From the NCBI GenBank assembly GCA_964428315.1, contig CAYRXT010000003.1, positions 4,151-68,150 of the forward strand: 64,000 bases of DNA, in the 5' to 3' direction. The notes under the pieces were generated by a model, which was not told the origin of the DNA, made no database searches, and saw only the letters and a program-made list of their open reading frames with translations. Positions 1-11,388 of the stretch are shown here, in pieces (the stretch's first letter is position 1; every line of letters begins with the position of its first letter). Made by a program: the position numbers and the translations under genes. The stretch comes from an uncultured Planctomycetales bacterium (GTDB taxonomy: Bacteria > Omnitrophota > Gorgyraeia > Zapsychrales > CAYRXT01).

Positions 1-647
1 TAGGAAACCATCTTAAGCATGGTCGGCATATAACTCTGTTCAAAAATCCAGAGTCCATCGTCATCGAGAATGTCACCCACCTCACTCATAAAGGACATCG
101 GCGCCTCCAGGTCATAAAACATGGCGATAGATGTCACGATCTTGGCCTTTTTTTGACCGAAATGTTTTTGGAACGTCTTTTCCGAAAAGAAATCGGAGAT
201 AAGCTCAATGTGCGGAGGATAATATTTTTTGAACTTTTTTCCGGCGGGGTCGATGCCGACCAACCGTCCCCCTTGCGGATAGGCCTTAAGAAGTGTGCCG
301 TCATTGCTGCCGATGTCGAGTATGATGTCCTGATCCGTAACGCTCACCTGGTCGCGGATCCTGTCCACGATTCCCTGCAGATGGCACACCATGGACTGAT
401 TAAGAGACGAGCGATAGCCGTAGTGATCGCCGTAAAGTTCCGAAGCCGGGTAAGAATGGCGAAGCTGCAAAAGTCCGCAGACCTCCTTGTGAGTCTCCCG
501 GCATTTCACAAGTTCAAGCGGACCGACGGTCAAAAGATAATCCTTTTTTCTTGGAAAAATCCCTGTCAGGGCGTGTTGGCCGAGGTCAATAACGGTATCC
601 AGCTGTGTATTGCCGCAAATCCGGCAACGGCTGATGGCTTTAATCAT
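1..647 (-). CDS. NDP-hexose C-methyltransferase family protein (partial; 3' end outside window)
   Basis: Not in the ORF track. Manual translation from ATG 647 gives MIKAISRCRICGNTQLDTVIDLGQHALTGIFP...DIILDIGSNDG: an N-terminal Zn-binding CxxC plus the SAM motif typical of sugar C-methyltransferases. Confidence 0.85.
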   Translation of the reverse strand, partial: MIKAISRCRICGNTQLDTVIDLGQHALTGIFPRKKDYLLTVGPLELVKCRETHKEVCGLLQLRHSYPASELYGDHYGYRSSLNQSMVCHLQGIVDRIRDQVSVTDQDIILDIGSNDGTLLKAYPQGGRLVGIDPAGKKFKKYYPPHIELISDFFSEKTFQKHFGQKKAKIVTSIAMFYDLEAPMSFMSEVGDILDDDGLWIFEQSYMPTMLKMVS

Positions 648-653
648 GAAGAT

Positions 654-2402
654 TCAGTTGTCCCTTCGTTCATAAATCGTCAGAGAACCAAGCCTCTTGA
701 CGGGATCATAGTGTTTGAGAATATATTCAGTGACTTCTTTGAATTTCACAATATTCCTCGGAAATTTGAAATACAATTGCGACGGAAATGTCCGGTGCCC
801 CAAATTGGTCATGACGGCAAACCTTGTCCGTTTCATCTTAATATCGTTGAGATACTCCCTATGCCATGCATCGTCCGCCCAAGATAGGGTCGCGATGGGA
901 AAACGGCTAACAAACGGCCTGTCAAAGAAAAAGTTAAGCGCCCCCAGTTCAGGGTAAGTCAATACTGCTTCATCCGGCGAAGTCTTGGAACGGATAAACC
1001 GGACGGTCTCTTCGATATCTTCAGCCTGCCATGCGGGGACGACCATGCCTTTGGCTCGCTCGATGTTTAATTCTTTGGTGTCTTGTCCGTGTAAAATGCT
1101 GTAGTCACCTGACGGCCTCGACTCCACCCAGTCAAGAAATCTTTTATATACGACAAAATGCCGGCTGAAACGCGTCAATGAATATCCCATAGACGACATA
1201 AACAAGGCGAAAATCAAAAAGGAAATCACGCCCAAAGCCATACGTCGCTTGACCGCCGTCCATATTATCCTCCGTTGCCGATACCAGGCGATGGTTTCGC
1301 AATATAGTATTTCAATCAAATAGAAATATATCAGTTTTTCCGGCTGCAAGGCCATTTCGAAATGGTGACCCCATATCGCGCGAAACGAAGCGGAATACAA
1401 AATCAGGGCGTAGGTTCCTAATGCGGTCAGCAGGGCCAATTCAAGACCGTGCTCTCTTCGCTGTCTGAACCTAACAACCATGTATCCGACAAATGCAGTA
1501 AAGAGAAAAACTGGCGTAAGGACCTTAAAATACGGACTGCCGGGCCATAAGGAGATGAGAAAATGCCCGAAGCTCGCAGGAATATGAGTTCCCATGTCCA
1601 GATACGTCGTCATCATCCGCAAGGGAAAAAGGATGGTAGCCTCCAGCATAGGCATCAAGGCTTTGTGTACACCCAAATAAACCAAAAACGGAAGCGTGAC
1701 CAGCGCCACACCGGCAAAAAACCATTTTTCCGCCGCCTTAAATTCTTTTACATCAATCACGTGGCCAATACGGGCGACAATTAGAGCGGCGCCCACCGAG
1801 ACCGCAGCGGAGAAACCGGATTCGATCGTCGTGAAAAAACCGGCGGCCGAGGCGACCCCGGAGGCCAATAGCCATGCGCATTTCCGGGTTTTCAGAAATT
1901 TTATTACACAATACACACCCGCTATCCCAAGTGCGTACCGCATGCCACCCCAGTAATAAAACGAAATCCTGGGGAAGGTCCTGGCCAAGACGACGAAAGA
2001 CATGAGAATGTACACAAACCGCGTACGCAACAACTCCCGACCGAGAAGAATAAATAGAATAATATTCATCATTGTCCCGGCGTAAAAAAAGACCGGCAGC
2101 CAGATCATATTGGTTCCCAAAGCCCTCATCATAAGGGCCGGGGCATAAATCTCAAACGGTCCACGGTAAAAGATAAAATCTTTTTGCGGGATCTGGCCGT
2201 CCAGGATTGCGTCAATGCCGGGAAGATATAGTCCCTGGTCAAGGTAAATGATCTCGTGATGAAAAAGGTAAATAGGAAAGGATATCACAAGAATAATCAA
2301 AACAAGGCAAAGCGTGTCAGCGAGGCGTGGTTCCCGGTTCAACCACGCACCAATCGACTGAGTCAGCTTCTTGGTCTCTTCTCTAAAAGCCATTAAATTC
2401 AT
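654..2402 (-). CDS. Multi-pass membrane protein, putative GT-C-fold glycosyltransferase
   Basis: Many hydrophobic segments, a DQG acidic motif after the first TM, and a soluble C-terminal domain. Lies next to a polyprenyl-P sugar synthase. Start moved to ATG 2402 (2393 also possible). Confidence 0.55.
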   Translation of the reverse strand: MNLMAFREETKKLTQSIGAWLNREPRLADTLCLVLIILVISFPIYLFHHEIIYLDQGLYLPGIDAILDGQIPQKDFIFYRGPFEIYAPALMMRALGTNMIWLPVFFYAGTMMNIILFILLGRELLRTRFVYILMSFVVLARTFPRISFYYWGGMRYALGIAGVYCVIKFLKTRKCAWLLASGVASAAGFFTTIESGFSAAVSVGAALIVARIGHVIDVKEFKAAEKWFFAGVALVTLPFLVYLGVHKALMPMLEATILFPLRMMTTYLDMGTHIPASFGHFLISLWPGSPYFKVLTPVFLFTAFVGYMVVRFRQRREHGLELALLTALGTYALILYSASFRAIWGHHFEMALQPEKLIYFYLIEILYCETIAWYRQRRIIWTAVKRRMALGVISFLIFALFMSSMGYSLTRFSRHFVVYKRFLDWVESRPSGDYSILHGQDTKELNIERAKGMVVPAWQAEDIEETVRFIRSKTSPDEAVLTYPELGALNFFFDRPFVSRFPIATLSWADDAWHREYLNDIKMKRTRFAVMTNLGHRTFPSQLYFKFPRNIVKFKEVTEYILKHYDPVKRLGSLTIYERRDN

Positions 2403-2439
2403 GATTACCTGATTCTCATCACCAGCGTCAAACAGATGT

Positions 2440-3198
2440 CTACAATTTTCGGCCTCTGATTCCGTCAAACATGAAATGCCGCGCCAAATTCCGTTTTTCC
2501 AACACATACATCACCCCGCACCAGAGGACGCCGAACCCGTAACGGACGCTGCGGCGGAAATTAATCGAAGAGGAATCCTCATTGTAGGCGCACGGGGAGG
2601 TGATCTCCCCGATCCGGTAACCGCAGAACGCGGCCTGGACAAGGATCTGGTTGTCGAACACGAAATCGTCGGAGTTCTCTCCCAGCGGCAGGGTCTCGAG
2701 CACCTCCCTGGAAAAGGCCCGGTAACCGGTGTGGTATTCGGAGAGCTTCTGCCCGGTGAGCACATTTTCCACGGCCGTCAGCAGGCGGTTGGCGAGGTAT
2801 TTATAGAAGGGCATGCCTCCTTTGAGGGCGTAGCCGCCGAGGATGCGCGATCCCAGGACGACGTCGAAGAGCCCCGACGCGATCAGCGCCGCCATCGGGG
2901 ATACCAGTTGCGGAGGGTACTGGTAGTCGGGGTGCAGCATGACCACGATATCCGCTCCCCGGCGCAGGGCCTCGCGGTAACAGGTCTTCTGGTTGCCGCC
3001 GTACCCCAGATTCTTTTCGTGCACGATAAGGGACAGGTCAAGACGTCGGGCGACCTGCACGGTATGGTCCCGTGAATGGTCGTCCACGACGATGATCTCA
3101 TCGACGACTTCGCGCGGTATGCCCTGGACCGTCTTTTCGATCGTCTTCTCGGCGTTATACGCCGGCAGGACAACGATGATTTTTTTGTTGTTCAGCAT
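2440..3198 (-). CDS. GT2 glycosyltransferase, DPM1/polyprenyl-phosphate glycosyltransferase-like
   Basis: VVLPAYN, VVDDHSRD, NLGYGG, HPDYQY, VLGSR and TGYRAF motifs. Confidence 0.9.
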   Translation of the reverse strand: MLNNKKIIVVLPAYNAEKTIEKTVQGIPREVVDEIIVVDDHSRDHTVQVARRLDLSLIVHEKNLGYGGNQKTCYREALRRGADIVVMLHPDYQYPPQLVSPMAALIASGLFDVVLGSRILGGYALKGGMPFYKYLANRLLTAVENVLTGQKLSEYHTGYRAFSREVLETLPLGENSDDFVFDNQILVQAAFCGYRIGEITSPCAYNEDSSSINFRRSVRYGFGVLWCGVMYVLEKRNLARHFMFDGIRGRKL

Positions 3199-3206
3199 GG
3201 CCTGCG

Positions 3207-3300
3207 CGTGATTCGTGATCCGGGTTTCCTGTCTGCCAGCAGGCAGGCGTGATTCGTCAAATGAATCTTTCGCGAATCACGCATCACGAACGACGAATCA
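3207..3300. repeat. Inverted degenerate heptamer arrays with an embedded 20-bp palindrome
   Basis: cgtgatt-cgtgatc-cgggttt, then cctgtctgccagcaggcagg (3228-3247), then cgtgatt-cgtcaaa. The reverse-complement array cgaatca-cgcatca-cgaacga-cgaatca follows at 3273-3300. Confidence 0.8.
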
Positions 3301-3311
3301 CCTTTTCTTCC

Positions 3312-4340
3312 CTAAGTTTTCTTCTCCCCCCAAAATCCCCCGACGTATCGCCGGTCCATCTTGTCCTTGAGAGGACGCCACCAGTCTTCATGATCCCGGT
3401 ACCAGGCGATGGTCTCCTTCATCCCCTCTTCCATGGTGCAATCCGGTTTCCAGCCGAGCGCCCTCAATTTGGAACAGTCCAGGCTGTAGCGGAAATCATG
3501 TCCGGGACGGTCCATGACATATTTGATGGATGATTCGTCCTTTCCCGTCAGCCGAAGGATAAGCCTAGTCAGGTCCAGGTTCGAACACTCACCCGTGCCG
3601 CCGATATTATAGGTTTCCCCGTCTTCGCCGTTTTCTACGACCCGGTCTATCCCCCGGCAATGGTCTTCGACGTGCAGCCAGTCGCGCACCTGCTTCCCTT
3701 CCCCGTAAAGGGGCACCTTTTTTCCCTCCAGCAAGTTAGTGATGAAAAGAGGGATGACCTTCTCCGGGTAACAGCGCGGGCCGAAATTATTGGAGGCCCG
3801 CGTCACGATCACGGGCAGTTTATAGGTCGCGTAAAAACTGTGGGCCAGCCGGTCGCCGCCCAGTTTGGCCGCAGCGTAGGGGTTGCGCGGTTTCGTCTCA
3901 TCGGTCTCCCGGAAACTCCCTTCCCTGATCTCGCCGTACACTTCATCGGTGGAGACCTGGACGAATTTGTGCAGGCCTTTCTGCTTCCTGGCCTCCTCCA
4001 GCAGGACATAGACTCCCACCACGTCGGTGTAGAGGAACTCCTCACCCCGGTCGATCGAGCGGTCCACGGCGGACTCGGCGGCAAAGTTGACGACGACCTG
4101 CGCGTCCTGCATGGCCCCGCGCACCGTCTCTTTGTCGCAGATATCGCCGCGGATGAATTCAAAATCATCACGGCCTTCAAAGGCCTTCACATTTTCCGGA
4201 TTGCCGGCGTAGGTCAGCTTGTCCAGGACACGGACACGTATGTCTTTCTTGTTCCGGAAAAGATAACGCACAAAATTGCTGCCGATAAAACCGGCCGCGC
4301 CGGTGATAAGATATGTCACCCTACCGGGTCTGCTTTTCAT
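3312..4340 (-). CDS. rfbB: dTDP-glucose 4,6-dehydratase
   Basis: TGAAGFIGSN, DKLTYAGN, STDEVYG, YAAAK, RDWLHVEDH and DRPGHDFRY motifs. Confidence 0.93.
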   Translation of the reverse strand: MKSRPGRVTYLITGAAGFIGSNFVRYLFRNKKDIRVRVLDKLTYAGNPENVKAFEGRDDFEFIRGDICDKETVRGAMQDAQVVVNFAAESAVDRSIDRGEEFLYTDVVGVYVLLEEARKQKGLHKFVQVSTDEVYGEIREGSFRETDETKPRNPYAAAKLGGDRLAHSFYATYKLPVIVTRASNNFGPRCYPEKVIPLFITNLLEGKKVPLYGEGKQVRDWLHVEDHCRGIDRVVENGEDGETYNIGGTGECSNLDLTRLILRLTGKDESSIKYVMDRPGHDFRYSLDCSKLRALGWKPDCTMEEGMKETIAWYRDHEDWWRPLKDKMDRRYVGGFWGEKKT

Positions 4341-6387
4341 GGGGATCCCCTTTCACGGCCGGGCCCTTTGTCGGGACCAAAAGCCTTATAATGACCATGG
4401 CCAGCCCAAGGTTCAGCCAAAGGTAATTGCCGAGTTTGACGGAATAGAAGCTGGTCTCGAAGGCCGCGTGGACAAGAAACCCGAACAGGCCGCTCACCAG
4501 GCCGTACGCCACGAAGGTCAACGGCCCATGTGCCGCTTTTTTGAGTTGCCGTCTGGAAAAAACAAAGAACCGCCAGAAAATCCACAGGAAGGCGAACAAT
4601 CCAGGGATACCGGTCTCCGCCCCCATCTGCAAATAGCAGTTGTGAGGGTATCCCCCCCAGGAAATCTTATAGTTCCGGCCCACCTGGGAATAGGTGTTCA
4701 CGCCTGTTCCAAGGAATAAGTGGTCTGCCATAATGGCTATGGCCTCATGCCAATAATTAAACCTTCCCGAGGCCCTGAATTTCTTGATATCCTTTATTTT
4801 CTCTTTGGTTATCACCCTGAGTTTTTCCATCTCCCGGTTCACCGCCAGTTCGACAGGACTCTTTTCCATTTCCCTCCTTGAATCTTCGGCTTCATCCATT
4901 GCCACGATCCCGGATGATGTTTCCGGCAAGTGTTCCGGCGTTATAGGGGGCAACTCAAATCTCCCCTCTCTCATCCCTTCTGTTTCGGACTGAGTATTGG
5001 CAGCGAGTTCAGGGCCAAATTTCGGCCGGGATGCATGCCGTGCCAAGGCCCCGGCATCCAGGACAAAATCGTCCCGCTGCCATTGAGAGCCCAAGAGCGT
5101 CCAGAGACAGACATATATCTTGTCCGCAGTCACAGGCACATCTTTGACAACATGGGACCCGCCGGGCCCCGCCTTGCCGCTGTATATGTCGCCCCAGGGA
5201 TCGGACCGGAAATATTTTTTGTCCGAAGCCAGGCTGAGCCAGTATTTTTCTGCCTGTGCGTTCTCCTTCCAGGAAAACCTTAAATCCTGTCCGCCCTCCG
5301 AATAACTGATCAACTTCACTCTGAGGGCCGGGTCATAAACGTCTTTCCCGGGTTCCTTCACGGCCTCATATTCCGGATTCTCCGGACCTTTTGTTTCTTC
5401 AACATCCCCGTTGCCCTCGATTTTCACCGCCCTTTCTCTCCTTTCCCGGTCGGCGGATTCAATCTTATCAATCTTTTTTTGAATGGCGCGCGCGACACGC
5501 CTGGTGTCATCGGTAAAATAGGACACATTGCGCAGATTTTTCATTTGCTGGGTAAACACCAGTCCGAACATGACTATAATCAACAAACTCATGCCGGCAT
5601 ACCTGCGATTCGAAAACAGATAACAAATCAATCCGGCAAACAATCCGAAATAGACGGCCCGGGAATACGTCCATCCGATATTCATTATGATCAGGACGGC
5701 GAGTATCAGGAACAGGATAAACCCGATGGCCCTCCTGCGTATTGTCAGTGTCTTATGCCCGGGGTCGGCAAGACCGAACAATAAGCTCAGGACCATCATA
5801 ACAGGCACAAGGAGGTAGGCGCCGAAATCGTTGGGGTGGCGGAAACACGAACCGATGCGCCCTCCCGCAATAATCTTGTGCGCGAAAATAAAACCCTCAC
5901 CGGTATGGAACTGCCAGAGACCGTTGATCGAAACCAGGGTGACGGCGGCCAGGAAGACACCCAGCAGAAATCGCACCTGCCGACTGGTCTTCACGCATTC
6001 CAGGATAATAAAATACAGAAACGTCCATTCAAGGATCTTATAGAAGAATCCCTTCAGGCTTAAAGCGAGATAATCGCTGACCAGTATGGATAACGCATTA
6101 ACGGCAATAAAGACGACAATCGGTCCGTCCAGGACGCTGGGCTCCGGACGGAAAGAGGAAAGGAACAAACGCACGACCGAATAAGCCTTATTGAAAAGAC
6201 CGCCCCGCCCGCGTCTTTCATGATTCATGCGGAATACGAACAGGTGCAGGCGTTTGATCCAGAAGAAAAATATGACGGCGCCGGCAAAACTTTCACACAA
6301 CGCGATCGAAATGGGCAAAAAATAGATCAATCCCACGTATGAAAAAAACAGGATTCTGTTATAAAACCGATACGGAAAATTATTCAT
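4321..6387 (-). CDS. O-antigen ligase (Wzy_C/WaaL) family protein with a large insertion
   Basis: HPNDFGAYL, TYSRA, RFNYW...LGTGVNTY and HNCYLQMGAETG motifs. About 240 aa of hydrophilic insert precede the RxxxW motif. Confidence 0.88.
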   Translation of the reverse strand: MNNFPYRFYNRILFFSYVGLIYFLPISIALCESFAGAVIFFFWIKRLHLFVFRMNHERRGRGGLFNKAYSVVRLFLSSFRPEPSVLDGPIVVFIAVNALSILVSDYLALSLKGFFYKILEWTFLYFIILECVKTSRQVRFLLGVFLAAVTLVSINGLWQFHTGEGFIFAHKIIAGGRIGSCFRHPNDFGAYLLVPVMMVLSLLFGLADPGHKTLTIRRRAIGFILFLILAVLIIMNIGWTYSRAVYFGLFAGLICYLFSNRRYAGMSLLIIVMFGLVFTQQMKNLRNVSYFTDDTRRVARAIQKKIDKIESADRERRERAVKIEGNGDVEETKGPENPEYEAVKEPGKDVYDPALRVKLISYSEGGQDLRFSWKENAQAEKYWLSLASDKKYFRSDPWGDIYSGKAGPGGSHVVKDVPVTADKIYVCLWTLLGSQWQRDDFVLDAGALARHASRPKFGPELAANTQSETEGMREGRFELPPITPEHLPETSSGIVAMDEAEDSRREMEKSPVELAVNREMEKLRVITKEKIKDIKKFRASGRFNYWHEAIAIMADHLFLGTGVNTYSQVGRNYKISWGGYPHNCYLQMGAETGIPGLFAFLWIFWRFFVFSRRQLKKAAHGPLTFVAYGLVSGLFGFLVHAAFETSFYSVKLGNYLWLNLGLAMVIIRLLVPTKGPAVKGDPHEKQTR

Positions 6388-6404
6388 AATATCATCGCTG
6401 TCTG

Positions 6405-6507
6405 AATTGCTCGCGAGTGACCACAGGGAGCGGCGAAGCCCCCTGCGGGGAAGCGATCTTATACTCGACAGTCAGGATTGCTTCAGCCGCTGTGCCCCTT
6501 CGCAATT
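6405..6507. repeat. Degenerate REP-like nested palindrome
   Basis: Outer aattgc/gcaatt arms, inner gaagcgatc (6450-6458) and gattgcttc (6476-6484) arms, and a caggg...ccctg hairpin, all in the intergenic gap. Confidence 0.55.
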
Positions 6508-6529
6508 ATACTTTTGCCCTTCCCGCTAT

Positions 6530-8517
<1,988 letters not shown>

Positions 8518-8519
8518 TT

Positions 8520-9839
8520 TCACTCCTTAAATATGTTCACAGTTCTATCATAAAACTTGCCGCCGTTCAACAGGTTATACGCTGAAAGGTACAGCCCGAT
8601 CCCGGTCCAGGTGAGAACCGATAACTGCAGTGTGTACAAATCGACGTCAAAAAAACTGTGGACCAATATCGAGACCGTACCGCTCCCCAAACCCAGGGCG
8701 AGGATCCGCAACGCGTTGTCCGCCGGCAGCAGTTTGGCCCGCGCCAGCCTCATCATTGTCTTGAAAAAAGAAAGGACGATCCAGACAAAGCCCAAGAGTC
8801 CCAAAAGACCGGTCTCGGCCGCCATCTGGATATAGCAGTTATGCGCGTAGGTTTCGGAAAACAACCTGTTCTGCGGCCGGCGACGGTAGTCCTGAAACAA
8901 ACGCATGTACGTGTTCAGACCGTGACCAAAAAAGGGCCTCTCGCGGATCATGGCCAGGCTGTCTTCCCAAATGTTCAGGCGCCAGAGAAGATGAGAGTGC
9001 AGTTCCCGGCCGCTTAGCCTTTCTTTGACTTTCGGGTTACCGCCGAGCATACTCCCCAGACAGCCCGCCACGATGACGGCCCCGAACAGGACCCCCGCCC
9101 ACTTTTTACTGCTGAGAACGACGAAAACCGCCATACCCGCCGCCGCGGACAACCATCCGGCCCGGGAGAAGGTCAGGCCCAAAAGCCAGCCCGCGCCCGC
9201 GGCCAAAACACAAAGCAAGAAACGTTTACCTTTTTGAGTTCCGCTCATAGCGAAAACGGCCGCAGACATCGGCAACATCATCGCCAGATAGGCCGCGAGA
9301 CTGTTGGCGTGATGGAATCCCGCTGTCGCTCCGCCCCGCGTGATCTCCCGTCCCAAAAAGATATCTGTTCCGGTCCAGTAATACTGGACAAAACCGTCGA
9401 GTACCACAGCGGTCGTGGTAACGAGAAAAACGATAACGGCCCGCCGGATGTGCTCCGCTTTGGAAAAGGCTTCAATGACAAGAAAATACACTACGAACCA
9501 TTCCAGGGTTTTTGTAAAAAAGCCTCTTAACGACAAAGGCCAGATCCGGCTGGCCGGAATGGACAAGACGCACGCCAGCAGAAAGAAGGCAATCGGTTTG
9601 TTCAAAGGGCTCCGGACCGGTTTAAGGGCAGAGAACAGGCCCCTGATTTGTTCAGTCCATCCATTCTTCCTGAAGATGCCCGGCCCGTACGCCAGCCCTC
9701 TTTTGACCAGCCACAACAACAAGGCGATGATGACACAGGACTCCACGACCGCCGTGCTGTAGGGGAGCCAAAAAATCAGCAGATAAATGAAAAACCGGAT
9801 CCCTGATTCGATATAACCGATTATTCTTTCTTTATTCAT
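8520..9839 (-). CDS. O-antigen ligase family protein (normal length)
   Basis: [21 protein letters not shown]...FGHGLNTY and [12 protein letters not shown] motifs. Paralogue of 4321-6387. Confidence 0.9.
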   Translation of the reverse strand: MNKERIIGYIESGIRFFIYLLIFWLPYSTAVVESCVIIALLLWLVKRGLAYGPGIFRKNGWTEQIRGLFSALKPVRSPLNKPIAFFLLACVLSIPASRIWPLSLRGFFTKTLEWFVVYFLVIEAFSKAEHIRRAVIVFLVTTTAVVLDGFVQYYWTGTDIFLGREITRGGATAGFHHANSLAAYLAMMLPMSAAVFAMSGTQKGKRFLLCVLAAGAGWLLGLTFSRAGWLSAAAGMAVFVVLSSKKWAGVLFGAVIVAGCLGSMLGGNPKVKERLSGRELHSHLLWRLNIWEDSLAMIRERPFFGHGLNTYMRLFQDYRRRPQNRLFSETYAHNCYIQMAAETGLLGLLGFVWIVLSFFKTMMRLARAKLLPADNALRILALGLGSGTVSILVHSFFDVDLYTLQLSVLTWTGIGLYLSAYNLLNGGKFYDRTVNIFKE

Positions 9840-9846
9840 AATCACC

Positions 9847-9960
9847 TGGGTCCCCGCTTAAGGCATGCCTCGAAGGGGTCTAATCAACGGGGATGACAGG
9901 TTCCTTTAACCGTGTTATGCCCGCCGAGTTGCCCCCCTTGGGGGCGTAAGCGGGCTTCCC
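9847..9960. repeat. 114-bp palindromic intergenic element, copy A
   Basis: Shares the blocks cccgcttaaggc, cctttaac, atgcccgccgag and aagcgggc with 15089-15202 at identical offsets. Confidence 0.8.
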
Positions 9961-9963
9961 GCA

Positions 9964-11388
9964 TCAATACGCCCCTTTGCCTTTAATAACAACCGGCACC
10001 GTCTGCAAAAGGATATAAAGGTCCAGGAAAAAAGACCAGTTGTTGATATACCAGATATCCCATCGGATCAGCCGGAAAAAAGAGACGTCGCTGCGGCCGC
10101 GTATCTGCCAGAGACCGGTGATGCCTGGCCTGACCTCCAGCCTTTTGAACTGCCGCAGGTCGTGCTTCTCGATCTGCTCAATCGGCAGTGGCCGCGGCCC
10201 CACCAGGCTCATCTCTCCGTGCAGGACGTTGATCAGTTGCGGCAGTTCGTCAAGGCTGTATCTCCGCAAAAAGGACCCGATGCGCGTGACCCGAGGATCT
10301 TTTTTCATCTTGAAAATCGGACCGTCCGTCTCGTTGAGATTACGCAGGTCCTTCAGCCTTTTGTCCGCCTCGTCAACCATGCTCCTGAATTTCAGCATAG
10401 AGAAGATCCGGCCCCTACGGGAGTAACGCCGAGACTTGTAAAAAACGGGTCCGGGGCTGTCAGCTTTGATTATAAGCGCAATGACAAGAAAGACCGGAAA
10501 GAGCACGATCAATGCGGCCAGGCTCATGACAAAATCAAAAAGCCTCTTGCCCAACTGTCTGCGAGTGTCGATGAGACCCGTATATTCCAAAACGGGGATG
10601 AATCCGATATTGAAACGGACGAGTTCCCCCTCGATATGTGAAAAACCCTCGGGTATGACGCGGACAGAAACACCCAGTTCCCTAGCCTGATCCAGAAGAC
10701 TCAAAAACGCCTTGCTGTCATGATGGATCGTAATGAAAACCTGGTGGATAAATTCCCTTCTGGCGACCGGCACGAAATCCGTGATCCGGCCCAGTATTTT
10801 CGGCGAATCCTCCGACTTCATTTCGGTTTTAAAATCATCCAGAAAGCCGGCCACGCGCAGTCCCAGGCTCGGCTGTTTCTTGATTTCCCAGGCCAGGGCG
10901 CTCCCGATCTTTCCCGCGCCGATCACCAGCACGTTAAAGTTGTTGTATCCGTGTGCCACGATATAATCGACAACCATCCTTTTCGCCATCCGCCAGAGAG
11001 ACATGAAGACAAACATGAACCCCGAGGTGATCGCAACGATCGTTCTCGGAAAACCCTCGATCTTGAGGACGTAAATCGTCACGATCAGGATAAGGGTGGC
11101 GATGACAACACATTTCAGCACCAGTAATATTTCCACGCCTTTAAAAACCTCGCGCCGGGTCTGGTAAAGGCGGTTGGCGTTGGCGCAGGAAACCGCCGAC
11201 AGGATCCACAGGGCGAAAAGATAACGGAAGGGATTGTCCTGGCTGAAAAGGATCCCGTCCCATGTGACCGGAAAACCCAGCGTCCCCTGACGGATCCATG
11301 AGGCCAGGAATACGGCCAGATAGATGACGAAAAAGTCAACGGCGATATAAAAACTTTTGATGAGGTAGTGGTTGATGATTCTTGTCAT
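9964..11388 (-). CDS. Initiating polyprenyl-phosphate sugar phosphotransferase (WcaJ/WbaP-like)
   Basis: N-terminal TMs, a VIGAG Rossmann-like domain, KRLFD, KFRSM, DPRVT, SLDELPQL, GEMSLVGPRP and PGITGLWQ. ATG 11388 overlaps the upstream stop. Confidence 0.93.
   Translation of the reverse strand: MTRIINHYLIKSFYIAVDFFVIYLAVFLASWIRQGTLGFPVTWDGILFSQDNPFRYLFALWILSAVSCANANRLYQTRREVFKGVEILLVLKCVVIATLILIVTIYVLKIEGFPRTIVAITSGFMFVFMSLWRMAKRMVVDYIVAHGYNNFNVLVIGAGKIGSALAWEIKKQPSLGLRVAGFLDDFKTEMKSEDSPKILGRITDFVPVARREFIHQVFITIHHDSKAFLSLLDQARELGVSVRVIPEGFSHIEGELVRFNIGFIPVLEYTGLIDTRRQLGKRLFDFVMSLAALIVLFPVFLVIALIIKADSPGPVFYKSRRYSRRGRIFSMLKFRSMVDEADKRLKDLRNLNETDGPIFKMKKDPRVTRIGSFLRRYSLDELPQLINVLHGEMSLVGPRPLPIEQIEKHDLRQFKRLEVRPGITGLWQIRGRSDVSFFRLIRWDIWYINNWSFFLDLYILLQTVPVVIKGKGAY

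Noticed and set aside
3207-3300. CRISPR array
   Set aside because: The units are 7 nt with no unique spacers, and no cas genes are present.
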